A stretch of DNA of 64,000 nucleotides, taken from contig CP064998.1 in the NCBI GenBank assembly GCA_016700035.1, forward strand, positions 59,325-123,324, written 5' to 3'. Below are positions 17,005 to 26,953 of the stretch, piece by piece (the first letter of the stretch is position 1; each line of letters starts with the position of its first letter). Position numbers and translations under genes: made by a program. The stretch comes from a bacterium. GTDB lineage: Bacteria > Patescibacteriota > Saccharimonadia > CAILAD01 > GCA-016700035. The notes beneath the pieces were generated by a model. It searched no databases and had not been told where the DNA came from. It saw only the letters and a program-made list of their open reading frames with translations.

Positions 17005-19767
17005 ATGACAAAAAATCGATCACGCATTGCGGTTTTTGATGGCCATGCACTTTTGCATCGAGGCTTTCATGCCATTCCGTACCTATCAACAAAGGACGGT
17101 ACGCCAACCAACGGTGTGTATGGCTTCACGATGATGTTATTGAATGCAATCCGGGAGCTACAGCCAGAGTTTGTGGTGGTGGCCTGGGATATGCCCGGTA
17201 AAACATTTCGACATGAGATGTATGCCGACTACAAGGCTACTCGTAAGGAGACGGATGCTAATCTGATCCCTCAATTTGATACAACTCTGAATCTATTAGA
17301 GGTATTTGAGATACCGGTAATTGGGGTTAAGGGATATGAAGCCGATGACGTGATTGGTACTTTAGCTAAGCGATTTAAATCTTCGCACGATGTAGTGATT
17401 GTGACGGGGGATATGGATGAGCTCCAGCTCGTCGACGAAAACGTCAGGGTTTATACCTTGCGAAGAGGGTTTTCTGACACCGTTCTGTATGATGTTCAGG
17501 CAGTTGAATCTCGCTATGGAGTCTCTCCGCAAGAATTTTTGATTACAAAGGCTTTGAAGGGTGATACTAGTGATAATATTCCGGGCGTAAAAGGAATTGG
17601 TGAGAAGACTGCAGCAGATTTAGTTAAAGCCTATCAGACACTTGATGGAATCTATGATCATTTGGAGGATATAAAACCAGCAGTGAGGAAAAAACTAGAG
17701 CAAGGTAGGGAGGATGCTTATCATTCTCTAGAGCTTTCGCGCATAGCTTGCGATGTGGACTTCAAATTTGACCTGGAGTCAGCTCGCTTGCATCGGTTTG
17801 ATCGAGATAAGTTAGTTAAGCTTTTTACTGAGCTGGAGTTTAGGTCGCTGATTGCAAAACTACCTAAAAATCAGACCGAGGCAACTCAACAGCCAAATCT
17901 TTTTGATGATATATATGGTGCCGACAGTCAGCCGCAGAAGCTATTGAGAGATCATTTAAAGACTGCTAAGTATGAGATTGTACAAAATACTGATGCACTC
18001 GAAAAATTAGCTAAAGCGCTGAGTAAACAAAAAGTTTTTGCCTTTGATACGGAGACGACTGGCCTGGATGTAATGACGGCCGAACTGGTAGGCATGAGCT
18101 TTTCTTGGCAGTCGGGTGAGGCTTATTATGTTCCGGTAGGCCACATAGGGGGAGCGCAATTAAGTGTTGCTACGGTGCTGGATGTATTAGGACCAATTCT
18201 AGAAAGTTCTACTATTGGTAAGGTGGGACACAATATTAAGTACGATTATCAGATTATGAAGCGAGCCGGTGTTGATATGCGAGGTATTGAGTTCGACACC
18301 ATGGTGGCAGCCTTCCTAATTAATCCAATTGCGCGGGCTCAAACTCTTTCGTCTTTGGCGCTAGCAGAACTTGGCATTGAGATGATTGAAATCACCGAGT
18401 TAATTGGTCTAAAAGGTAAGGAGCAAAAGACGTTTGCCCAGGTTGATATAGCTGAAGCTGGCCAGTATGCGGCTGAAGATGCTGACATTACTTGGCGACT
18501 GTATGGGGTATTAAAACTTAGGTTGTCAGAGATTGGCCGACTAACTGAAGTGGGTGAGAAGTTGGAGTGGCCACTTATCCAGGTATTGGGAGATGTAGAG
18601 CTTGCTGGCGTGGAGTTGGATGTTGATTTTTTGGCTGACTTTTCACAGAAACTAACAAAGCGACTGCATGATGTGCAAAAACAGATCTGGGATTATGCTG
18701 AAGGTGAGTTTAATATAGCCTCAACCCAGCAATTAAAATCTGTCTTATTTGATAAGCTAAAAATTGATCACGCTGATCTGAAAAAAGGTAAGACAGGCAT
18801 TTCAACGGCTGCTACGGAGCTCGAGAAGTTGCGTGGTCGACATCCAATTATTGAGCTGATTTTTGAGTTTAGAGAAATTTCCAAGCTTAAGAGTACTTAT
18901 GTAGATGCCTTACCGCTTCTGGTGAATAATACCGACGGACGTATTCATACCAGCTACAACCAAACTATTGCCCAGACTGGCCGGCTTTCCAGTAGTGATC
19001 CAAACCTACAGAATATACCGGTTCGTACACCTTTAGGCCATGAAATACGGCAGGCTTTTGTGGCTGGCCGAGGTAAGGTTTTTGTAGCGGCCGACTATAG
19101 TCAGATTGAATTACGCCTAGCCGCAGCGATGGCGGGCGATACGCAGATGATTAAAGATTTTAAATCTGGTATAGATATTCATACCCTCACGGCAGCTCAA
19201 ATGCACGGCATTAAGCCAGATGAAGTAACAAAAGATCAGCGCTATGGCGCTAAGACAATTAATTTTGGCGTGCTGTATGGGATGAATACGCACGGACTAT
19301 CGGTTGCTACAGGTATGAGTTATGAAGATAGCAAGGCGTTTATTGATCGTTATTTTGAATTGCGCAAGGGTGTAGCCGACTATATTAAGCGCATTAAAAA
19401 ACAAGCTCATGATGAAGGTTATACAGAGACATTGTATGGTAGGCGTCGACCATGTCCAGATGTAAAGTCGAATAATTTTATTGTTCGTTCTGGTGCTGAA
19501 AGGCAGGCCGTTAATATGCCACTCCAGGGTACAGCAGCCGATATGATGAAACTAGCCATGATTCAGCTAGCACCAAAATTAGAACAGCTTAATGGTACGG
19601 CAGAAATAATCCTGCAAATTCATGATGAATTAATTGTGGAGTGTGATAGTGGCTTGCAAGACGAAGTTACGAGCATTATGAAGGCAACTATGGAGGGTGT
19701 CATTAAGCTTGCAGTGCCAATTGTCGTGGAGGTTGAAGCCGGAAAGGATTGGGGTGAGCTCGACTAA
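17005..19767 (+). CDS. polA: DNA polymerase I
   Basis: 920 aa with a 5'-nuclease domain, a 3'-5' exo-like domain and polymerase motifs A, B and C (DYSQIELR, KTINFGVLYG, QIHDEL). TATAAT lies 10 nt upstream of the ATG. Confidence 0.95.
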   Translation: MTKNRSRIAVFDGHALLHRGFHAIPYLSTKDGTPTNGVYGFTMMLLNAIRELQPEFVVVAWDMPGKTFRHEMYADYKATRKETDANLIPQFDTTLNLLEVFEIPVIGVKGYEADDVIGTLAKRFKSSHDVVIVTGDMDELQLVDENVRVYTLRRGFSDTVLYDVQAVESRYGVSPQEFLITKALKGDTSDNIPGVKGIGEKTAADLVKAYQTLDGIYDHLEDIKPAVRKKLEQGREDAYHSLELSRIACDVDFKFDLESARLHRFDRDKLVKLFTELEFRSLIAKLPKNQTEATQQPNLFDDIYGADSQPQKLLRDHLKTAKYEIVQNTDALEKLAKALSKQKVFAFDTETTGLDVMTAELVGMSFSWQSGEAYYVPVGHIGGAQLSVATVLDVLGPILESSTIGKVGHNIKYDYQIMKRAGVDMRGIEFDTMVAAFLINPIARAQTLSSLALAELGIEMIEITELIGLKGKEQKTFAQVDIAEAGQYAAEDADITWRLYGVLKLRLSEIGRLTEVGEKLEWPLIQVLGDVELAGVELDVDFLADFSQKLTKRLHDVQKQIWDYAEGEFNIASTQQLKSVLFDKLKIDHADLKKGKTGISTAATELEKLRGRHPIIELIFEFREISKLKSTYVDALPLLVNNTDGRIHTSYNQTIAQTGRLSSSDPNLQNIPVRTPLGHEIRQAFVAGRGKVFVAADYSQIELRLAAAMAGDTQMIKDFKSGIDIHTLTAAQMHGIKPDEVTKDQRYGAKTINFGVLYGMNTHGLSVATGMSYEDSKAFIDRYFELRKGVADYIKRIKKQAHDEGYTETLYGRRRPCPDVKSNNFIVRSGAERQAVNMPLQGTAADMMKLAMIQLAPKLEQLNGTAEIILQIHDELIVECDSGLQDEVTSIMKATMEGVIKLAVPIVVEVEAGKDWGELD

Positions 19768-19768
19768 G

Positions 19769-20203
19769 TTGCCACGTTGGGTGGTATTCGATTTTCTTGG
19801 TGTGATTGTACCTCTAGGTGCATATTCTGGCTTGAGCTACTTGGGTGTACACACTAAACAGGCAGTTGATGTAGGAATGGTGGGGCTCATGCGGGATTTG
19901 CAGTCTCAAGGGGTGTTGCTTGCAGTTGCTTCAAATAGCGGGAAGGGTTGGATTGAGTCGGTTTGGAAAAAAATAGATAATGCGCCAAAGCTTGATCGAC
20001 TTATTACTCCTGAGATGGGGGCGACCAAGCCAAATCCAGAGTATTTTTCCTATTTGCTCTCAGAAATACGGGCAAAGCCTGCGGAGGTTATCTTTGTGGA
20101 CGATCGCCAGGCTAATTGTGAAGGCGCCAGTCAGGTTGGCATGGGGGTTTTCTGGTATCAAGGAGATATTAAGAAATTACGCAAAACTATCGGGTTCAAC
20201 TAG
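19769..20203 (+). CDS. HAD-superfamily hydrolase-like protein (motif I degenerate: FDFLGV)
   Basis: HAD motifs LAVASNSGK and FVDDRQANCEGA are present. The track ORF overlaps the polA 3' end, so the start was placed at TTG 19769 (GTG 19781 is also possible). Confidence 0.45.
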   Translation: MPRWVVFDFLGVIVPLGAYSGLSYLGVHTKQAVDVGMVGLMRDLQSQGVLLAVASNSGKGWIESVWKKIDNAPKLDRLITPEMGATKPNPEYFSYLLSEIRAKPAEVIFVDDRQANCEGASQVGMGVFWYQGDIKKLRKTIGFN

Positions 20204-20245
20204 CATTACCAGATTAAAATTATCGTAGACTGTATAATATAAGCT

Positions 20246-21124
20246 ATGCCTGAGTTACCTGAAGTAGAAACGGTCAGATTGGGGTTGGCAAAGCTTTTGC
20301 CAGGCCGGGTGATTGTTGGCCTGGAAAATGATTGGCCAAAGAGTTTTCCAAATAATCCAGATGATGTGGAGAAGTATTTAATTGGTGCAAAAGTTAGTCA
20401 AGTTGGACGACGCGGAAAAGCTCTAATTATTCAACTTAATACAGGCTTTAGTTTGCTAATCCATCTAAAAATGACTGGTCAGTTAGTTTTTCGAGATGAT
20501 CAAGGAGGGGGATTTGGTGCTGGCCACCCAAATGATAGTTTAATTGGCGAATTGCCAGACCGATCGACACGGTTAATCTTTAAGTTTATAGATGGTGCTC
20601 ACTTGTATTTTAATGATCAGCGTAAGTTTGGCTGGGTTAAATTGATGCCCTCTGAGCAAATTGCGGATGAGCCATTTATAGCCAAACTTGGTCCGGAGGC
20701 ATTAGCCGAGGACTTTACTTTTGATGAATTCCGTTCGAGGTTGATGCGCCATCCTCGAACTAGTATAAAAGCAGCCATTTTAGATCAGTCAGTCCTGGCT
20801 GGGGTGGGTAATATTTATGCTGATGAGGGGTTATTTGCAGCTCGAATCCATCCCTCTACGCCAGTTGAGAAGGTTAGTGCGGTAAAGTTAAAAAGGCTCT
20901 ATCTGGCATTGCGTGAAGTGATGCAATTATCCATTTCACTGGGTGGCTCGAGTGATCGAAATTATGTCGATGCGGAGGGGCGTAAGGGTAGTTATTTAAC
21001 TTTTGCAAAAGTATTTCGTCGTGAGGGGCAGGCCTGCTCTCATTGTGGACGACCAATTAGTAAGATTCGTGTAGCCAGTCGAGGAACCCATATCTGTGCC
21101 CACTGTCAGCCGAGGGTGGGCTAA
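20246..21124 (+). CDS. mutM: formamidopyrimidine-DNA glycosylase (Fpg/MutM)
   Basis: The N-terminal MPELPEVETVRLGL, H2TH domain and C-terminal zinc finger CSHCGRPI...CAHCQ are present. Confidence 0.9.
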   Translation: MPELPEVETVRLGLAKLLPGRVIVGLENDWPKSFPNNPDDVEKYLIGAKVSQVGRRGKALIIQLNTGFSLLIHLKMTGQLVFRDDQGGGFGAGHPNDSLIGELPDRSTRLIFKFIDGAHLYFNDQRKFGWVKLMPSEQIADEPFIAKLGPEALAEDFTFDEFRSRLMRHPRTSIKAAILDQSVLAGVGNIYADEGLFAARIHPSTPVEKVSAVKLKRLYLALREVMQLSISLGGSSDRNYVDAEGRKGSYLTFAKVFRREGQACSHCGRPISKIRVASRGTHICAHCQPRVG

Positions 21125-22041
21125 TGATTTTATTTTTAGGGGGAGATAATAGTTTTACTATAGCGCAGCACATAAAAAAGCTTCGTCAGCAGTATGCTAA
21201 TAAGTATAAAGATGCCCTCGATGAAGCGGTGGTTGATATGGCTGTAGATGGATTTGCCGAGTTAGAACAATCATTGCTGGCATTACCGATGTTTTTTTCA
21301 CATCGGCTAGTGATTATAGCTGGCATTTTTAGCTTGAAAGATCAGGTTGAACAGCTTGAGAGCTTACTCGCTAGAGTCCCGGATACTACCGTGGCAGTGA
21401 TTGATGGGCGTGGACTAGATAAGCGTACTCGGCTGTATAAAGTATTAGCTAGCTTGCCAAAGGCAAAAATTTTTTCAAGCCTTAACCCGCAGGATAGGAT
21501 TAATTGGATACGTACCGAAGCGAAGCGCCAAGGTGCAACAATTTTACCTGCTGAAGCACAATATTTAATTCAACGAGTGGGCAGTGACGAATGGTTGCTT
21601 GCAAATGAGCTATCGAAGCTAGCCTTAGCAACCAATACAATTACGCGTGAAGTCATTAATGAGCATACGCCGAAGAATGTACACGACAGCGTATTTGATC
21701 TAATTGAGGCTATGGGTAGGGGTCAGATAGCTCGAGCCATAGCTGTTTATGAAGAATTAAATGCTAGTGGTGCGAATGACCAGCAGATAGTGGCAACTCT
21801 AATGTGGCATTATCGAGTGTTGACAATGGCATTGGAGCGAGCTGGTGATGATGAATTAAGGGCCTGTGGTATTAAGCCGTATTCGTTGCAAAAAGCGGGA
21901 GCTTTAATCCAGGATATGTCGATAGATGATATCGCTACGGCCTATGAGCTGATTTTAGATGCAGATATTGCCATGAAGACGGGCGAAAAAAAAGCTCACC
22001 AGGCCATGGTGGATCTGGTGATGCAATTATCGGAAAAGTGA
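21124..22041 (+). CDS. holA: DNA polymerase III delta subunit (HolA)-like
   Basis: 305 aa with a clamp-loader delta-like fold (weak sequence signal). Adjacency to rpsT mirrors the holA-rpsT arrangement common in Firmicutes. It overlaps mutM by TAATG. Confidence 0.5.
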   Translation: MILFLGGDNSFTIAQHIKKLRQQYANKYKDALDEAVVDMAVDGFAELEQSLLALPMFFSHRLVIIAGIFSLKDQVEQLESLLARVPDTTVAVIDGRGLDKRTRLYKVLASLPKAKIFSSLNPQDRINWIRTEAKRQGATILPAEAQYLIQRVGSDEWLLANELSKLALATNTITREVINEHTPKNVHDSVFDLIEAMGRGQIARAIAVYEELNASGANDQQIVATLMWHYRVLTMALERAGDDELRACGIKPYSLQKAGALIQDMSIDDIATAYELILDADIAMKTGEKKAHQAMVDLVMQLSEK

Positions 22042-22045
22042 TAGG

Positions 22046-22411
22046 TTATTTCTTTGGAGCTGGCTTTTTTGCAGTAGAAGACGCCTTTTTGACTGTAGGT
22101 TTCTTGGCTGTAGTTTTCTTGGTTTTTGCAGTAGTGCCGTAAGCCTCTTGAGCTACAGCATTATACGAACGAGTTAGCTTGCTCTTACGGCGAGAGGCGG
22201 TATTTTTATGCAGAGTGCCTTTTTTAACAGCTTTATCAAGCAGAGAAATGGTCTTGGTAAGTTCAGTTTGAGCAGATACTACATCAGCCGTACTAACATG
22301 GCTTAGGGTGGACTTAGTTGATGCTTTAATGCGACGCTTAGTGGCATTGTTTCTGGCGCGGCGTTTTTCTTCCTGGCGAACGCGCTTCATAGCTGATTTG
22401 ATGATGGGCAT
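22046..22411 (-). CDS. rpsT: 30S ribosomal protein S20 with a Lys/Ala/Thr-rich C-terminal extension
   Basis: MPIIKSAMKRVRQEEKRRARN matches the S20 N-terminus. The ORF is 121 aa against a typical length near 87. Confidence 0.85.
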   Translation of the reverse strand: MPIIKSAMKRVRQEEKRRARNNATKRRIKASTKSTLSHVSTADVVSAQTELTKTISLLDKAVKKGTLHKNTASRRKSKLTRSYNAVAQEAYGTTAKTKKTTAKKPTVKKASSTAKKPAPKK

Positions 22412-22557
22412 AATGGTTTCCTTGCTTAATAAATATCACTAAATTAGATGGATTTTGTGGGTCTACCTAAAATCCATATAGACCGCACAATAATACCTGA
22501 TTTTATCCGATTTGTAAAGATTGCTCTTTCGAGGAGAGGGGGTATAACACTTATGCC

Positions 22558-22586
22558 TTGACATAATGGTTAATATTTGGTATATT
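22558..22586 (+). promoter_or_regulatory. near-consensus sigma-70 promoter TTGACA-17-TATATT
   Basis: TTGACA at 22558-22563, a 17-nt spacer, then TATATT at 22581-22586. The ATG at 22598 gives a leader of only a few nucleotides. Confidence 0.55.
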
Positions 22587-22597
22587 GATATATTCGT

Positions 22598-23542
22598 ATG
22601 CAAACTGCTGAACTTACATCTAAGCAACAAACTGTTGAACTCTTGCGTCAAGCCGAGAGTATTTTAATTGTAACTGGTCGTGAGCCTAATATAGACCAGA
22701 TTGCAACGGTTTATGCATTACAGCAAATCTTAGCCCGGTTAGGCAAGAAAAGTCATGCTGTAGTTACCGATGCTGCACCTGTGGCGGCCGAAAAACTATT
22801 GGACACACGCCATATTAGCCGTACTCTTGATGGTATACGTGATTTTGTCGTTTCGCTCGATCTAGCTCAGGTTGAAGTAGATAAGCTAAAATATGACATC
22901 GTCGACGGTCGCTTGGATATTACTATTACACCAGCGGCTGGAAACTTTCAGCCAGATGATACACGGTTTGATTATGGAGCCTATCAGTTTGATTTGGTTG
23001 TTGTGGTTGGCGTGCACAAACTAGCGCAAATTGACAGTATGCTAGAGTCAAATCCTACTCTGTTTGATGGCTTACATCTAATTAATATTGATTATCATCG
23101 TATTAACGAGAATTATGGCAGTGTTAATTTTATTGATACAGCCGCTAGTTCAGTAAGCGAATTGATTATTGGCACGATTGAGTCATTGGGTCAGGGTATG
23201 ATTGATGCAGATATTGCCACCGCTCTTTTAGCTGGCATGATGTCTGCCACTAATAGGTTTACTACTAGCTCTACAACACCAAAAACTCTCACTGTTGCAG
23301 CACAATTGCTGAGTGGAGGGGCTCGCCAGCAAGAGATAGTACGCGAATTATTTAGCGCAGGAGCAGGAGTTGCTGCGCCAGCAAAAAAAGCTCGAAAAAT
23401 ATCTGAAGCACTATCTTCTCAGTCTTTAAATGAACTTCAAATAGTTGCCGATCAACTAAAACAAGAACAGGATAATCCAGCTGGTAATTTAGTGTCGGGT
23501 GGAGTATTTCAACCTGCAGTTGCTCAGTCACCCCAGCAGTAA
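22598..23542 (+). CDS. NrnA-like DHH-family protein with degenerate catalytic motifs (likely inactive or repurposed)
   Basis: Aligns to NrnA: SASSVSE(M/L)I is conserved, DHH becomes DYH, GDTGRF becomes SATNRF, and motif I DPD becomes NID. There is no DHHA1 GGGH motif. It sits upstream of truB as in the rbfA-nrnA-truB arrangement. Confidence 0.6.
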   Translation: MQTAELTSKQQTVELLRQAESILIVTGREPNIDQIATVYALQQILARLGKKSHAVVTDAAPVAAEKLLDTRHISRTLDGIRDFVVSLDLAQVEVDKLKYDIVDGRLDITITPAAGNFQPDDTRFDYGAYQFDLVVVVGVHKLAQIDSMLESNPTLFDGLHLINIDYHRINENYGSVNFIDTAASSVSELIIGTIESLGQGMIDADIATALLAGMMSATNRFTTSSTTPKTLTVAAQLLSGGARQQEIVRELFSAGAGVAAPAKKARKISEALSSQSLNELQIVADQLKQEQDNPAGNLVSGGVFQPAVAQSPQQ

Positions 23543-23585
23543 TTGCTAGTATAGAATAAATAATGTATTCAATGGGTGATAGCAA

Positions 23586-24251
23586 ATGAAGTACGGTACA
23601 GTCGGCTCGCCAGAGGGTATTTGGCTTGTTCAAAAGCCAAAAGGCCAGAGCTCATTTAGGAGTGTTACTCAGCTTCGTAAGCTAACCAACATCAAAAAAG
23701 TTGGCCATACTGGCACGCTTGACCCTTTGGCTACAGGGCTGATGGTGCTTCTTGTTGGTAGGGAATATACGCGTCAAGCCCAGAGTCTCTCGAAGCTCGA
23801 TAAGGTATATGAACTAGAAATTACTTTGGGGCAAAACTCTACAACCGATGATGAGGAAGGTCAAAAGCAGGGAGTGTCGGATGTCAAGCCGTCCTTAAAA
23901 GAAGTGCAGTCTGGGATTGATTACTTAACTGGTGAAATAATGCAAACTCCTCCGATATATAGCGCAATTAAGGTTGATGGCAAGCGGGCCTATAGCTTGG
24001 CGCGTAAGGGTGAAGTGCCGGAGTTAAAATCGCGCCCCGTAACAGTGTATTGGTGGAAGAGCGTTAATTATAGCTATCCAAAAATAACTGCCCAAGTGAA
24101 AGTGTCGAGCGGTACATATATTCGCTCACTCGCGCGTTCTCTGGGGGAGATTTTACAAACGGGAGCCTATTTGTCGGAGCTAAAACGTACTGAAGTGGGG
24201 GAGTTTAGCCTAGCTGATGCTGTGGTACTTGAAAAACTCTTGAAGAACTGA
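23586..24251 (+). CDS. truB: tRNA pseudouridine(55) synthase TruB (short form without C-terminal PUA domain)
   Basis: Catalytic motif GHTGTLDPLATGLMVL is present. The ORF is 221 aa. Confidence 0.9.
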   Translation: MKYGTVGSPEGIWLVQKPKGQSSFRSVTQLRKLTNIKKVGHTGTLDPLATGLMVLLVGREYTRQAQSLSKLDKVYELEITLGQNSTTDDEEGQKQGVSDVKPSLKEVQSGIDYLTGEIMQTPPIYSAIKVDGKRAYSLARKGEVPELKSRPVTVYWWKSVNYSYPKITAQVKVSSGTYIRSLARSLGEILQTGAYLSELKRTEVGEFSLADAVVLEKLLKN

Positions 24252-24269
24252 TATACTTGTAACCTGATT

Positions 24270-24548
24270 ATGGCAACAGAAGCAAAACAAGAGTCTACTA
24301 AGACTAAAATCATCAAAAAGCACGGACAGCACGCCAAAGATACTGGATCAGCTGAGGTGCAGATTGCTATTTTTACTGAAAAAATTGCATCCCTAACAGA
24401 GCATCTTAAGCTACATAAACACGACAATCATAGTCGTCGTGGTTTGTTGGCGATGGTTTCTAAGCGCCGTCGTTTGCTAGACTATCTCCAGAAGAATAGT
24501 CAAGAGCGCTACGAAGCAATTGTTAAAAAGCTCAAACTTCGTCGCTAA
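24270..24548 (+). CDS. rpsO: 30S ribosomal protein S15
   Basis: 92 aa. [28 protein letters not shown] is canonical S15. Confidence 0.9.
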   Translation: MATEAKQESTKTKIIKKHGQHAKDTGSAEVQIAIFTEKIASLTEHLKLHKHDNHSRRGLLAMVSKRRRLLDYLQKNSQERYEAIVKKLKLRR

Positions 24549-24783
24549 TTCGTAGTTGGCCCTAGGGGCTGACTGGGGCTAGATTGGTATGCTTGGTGAG
24601 ATGTATGATTTAGTACATAAAAAATATCAGGTATGACAAAAATATAGTAAAATAAGTCCGTAGTCAGATTGTACATTATCAAATAGTAACTAATCACACC
24701 AGGTGGTTCAGGTGAAAGAGAAGAGTTCATGAGACTTCATGAATTGCTCTCTGGCACCAGGTCCATAGCCTGAGTGTAGATCT

Positions 24784-26940
24784 ATGAGAAAGAAGGAAAA
24801 TATGATAATTCACCCGTTTGGTGGAAAGACTCAGGTATTTGAAACTGAGTTTGCAGGCAAAAAACTTACGATAGAAACTGGAAAGTTAGCCTTTTTAGCT
24901 GATGGTGCTGTAACTGTACGCTATGGTGATACGGTTGTACTGGCTACTGCCGTTGTAGCGCAGGAGCCCAAGCCGGATCAGGATTTCTTCCCGCTACTAA
25001 TCGACTATGAAGAACGGATGTATGCGGCCGGTAAGATCTCCGGCAGTCGGTTTATTAAGCGCGAAGGTCGCCCATCCGAAAAGGCAATCTTGACGGCACG
25101 TTTGATCGACCGACCAATTCGTCCGCTGTTTCCTAAGGGTTATCGCAATGATGTGCAGGTGGTAGTAACGACACTATCGGTTGATGGCGAGCATGAACCA
25201 GATGTGTTGGGTATGATTGCGGCATCGAGCGCACTGATGTTAACTGGTGCGCCGTTTCAGGGTCCGGTAGCGGGTCTTCGGGTGGCTGAAAAAGATGGTG
25301 AGCTGATTGCTTTTCCTACCACCGGAGAGCAGGAGGATTCTAAGCTAAATCTAACCATTGCTGGTACGGCCGATGCGATTATGATGGTAGAGGCCGGTGC
25401 GCGCGAAGTTTCTGAAGAGCTGATGGTAGAAGCTTTTGATCTAGCTATTAAGACCTGGCAGCCAATTATTAAGCTTCAGCATGAGATGGTAAAAGCTATG
25501 TCGGTAACTCCTCAGGAGTATGAAATTTTTCGAGCCGATGAGGATTTGGCAGAGAAAATTACCAGCTTTTTAGAGGGTAAGCTTGGCGAAGATATACGTC
25601 ATTCAGATGGTTTGGAGCGTGAGGATATACTAAAAGATTTACGCAAGTTGGTGATTGATGAGTTTGGCCCACTGCCGGCTGAGATGGAAGATGATAAAGA
25701 GCGTTTTCCACTTGGTGCGGTAAAAACAGCTTTTTCTAGTGTGATTGATGCCGAAATTCGTCGGGCTATCTTAGAGGATGGTGAGCGACCAGATCAGCGT
25801 AAAACTACCCAAGTACGAACCATTTCTGGTGACACTAGTGTTTTGCCACGCACTCACGGTAGTGCAGTATTTACACGCGGCACCACCCAAGCACTTTCGG
25901 TTGCTACACTTGCACCAATTAGCTATGCCCAGCTAATTGATACTATGGAAGAAGATACTACCAAGCGTTACATGCATCACTATAATTTCCCGCCGTATTC
26001 AACCGGTGAGGCTCGTCCATTGCGCTCGACTGGTCGGCGCGAAATTGGTCACGGTGCGTTAGCCGAGCGGGCATTAGAACCGATGTTGCCAGCGGTCGAA
26101 GAATTTCCATATGCTATTCGTGTAGTTTCAGAGATTTTGAGCTCCAACGGCTCTACTTCGATGGCGTCGGTGTGTGGTTCAACGCTATCGCTGATGGATG
26201 CTGGTGTACCGCTCAAGAAGCCAGTAGCCGGTATTGCCATGGGCTTGATGATTGATAAATCTAAACCAGATAACTTTGTGATTCTTTCAGATATTCAGGG
26301 TGTTGAAGATTTTGCTGGAGACATGGATTTTAAAGTAGCTGGAACGGCCGATGGTATCACAGCTCTACAGATGGATATTAAGGTGACTGGTATCACGCTT
26401 GATATTATGCGGGAGGCGTTGGCGCAGGCTAAAGAGGGGCGAGTCCACATTATGGGTAAGATGTTGGATATTTTACCTGAAGTGCGTCCGGAGCTGTCAG
26501 AGTTTGCGCCACGCATTACAAAGGTAGTAATTAATCCTGACAAAATTAAAGAGGTGATTGGTAAGGGTGGGGAGACTATTCAGAAGATTACCGGCGAAAC
26601 AGGTGCGCAAATTGATATTGAAGATGACGGCTTGATTATGATTTACTCAGATGACATGAAAGCAGCCGAGCGAGCTAAGCATTGGATTGAGTCGATTGTA
26701 GCCGAGCCTGAGGTTGGTAAGATTTATGATGCCACAGTAGTGAAAGTGATGGATTTTGGGGCTTTTGTGGAGTTTATGCCTGGTCGAGAGGGCCTGGTGC
26801 ATATTTCGCAGTTGGCCAATCATCGAGTAGAGAATGTATCTGATGAAGTGTCAGAAGGTGATAAAATTCGCGTTAAATTAGTCGAAAAAGATGACCGTGG
26901 GCGGTATAATTTGAGTAAGAAAGCTACTCAAGGCGAGTAA
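24784..26940 (+). CDS. pnp: polyribonucleotide nucleotidyltransferase (PNPase); probable true start at ATG 24802
   Basis: Two RNase PH domains, KH (GKGGETIQKI) and S1 (GKIYDATVVKVMDFGAFVE) are present. SD gaaggaa precedes the second ATG. Confidence 0.95.
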   Translation: MRKKENMIIHPFGGKTQVFETEFAGKKLTIETGKLAFLADGAVTVRYGDTVVLATAVVAQEPKPDQDFFPLLIDYEERMYAAGKISGSRFIKREGRPSEKAILTARLIDRPIRPLFPKGYRNDVQVVVTTLSVDGEHEPDVLGMIAASSALMLTGAPFQGPVAGLRVAEKDGELIAFPTTGEQEDSKLNLTIAGTADAIMMVEAGAREVSEELMVEAFDLAIKTWQPIIKLQHEMVKAMSVTPQEYEIFRADEDLAEKITSFLEGKLGEDIRHSDGLEREDILKDLRKLVIDEFGPLPAEMEDDKERFPLGAVKTAFSSVIDAEIRRAILEDGERPDQRKTTQVRTISGDTSVLPRTHGSAVFTRGTTQALSVATLAPISYAQLIDTMEEDTTKRYMHHYNFPPYSTGEARPLRSTGRREIGHGALAERALEPMLPAVEEFPYAIRVVSEILSSNGSTSMASVCGSTLSLMDAGVPLKKPVAGIAMGLMIDKSKPDNFVILSDIQGVEDFAGDMDFKVAGTADGITALQMDIKVTGITLDIMREALAQAKEGRVHIMGKMLDILPEVRPELSEFAPRITKVVINPDKIKEVIGKGGETIQKITGETGAQIDIEDDGLIMIYSDDMKAAERAKHWIESIVAEPEVGKIYDATVVKVMDFGAFVEFMPGREGLVHISQLANHRVENVSDEVSEGDKIRVKLVEKDDRGRYNLSKKATQGE

Positions 26941-26953
26941 TAAAATTATTGGC

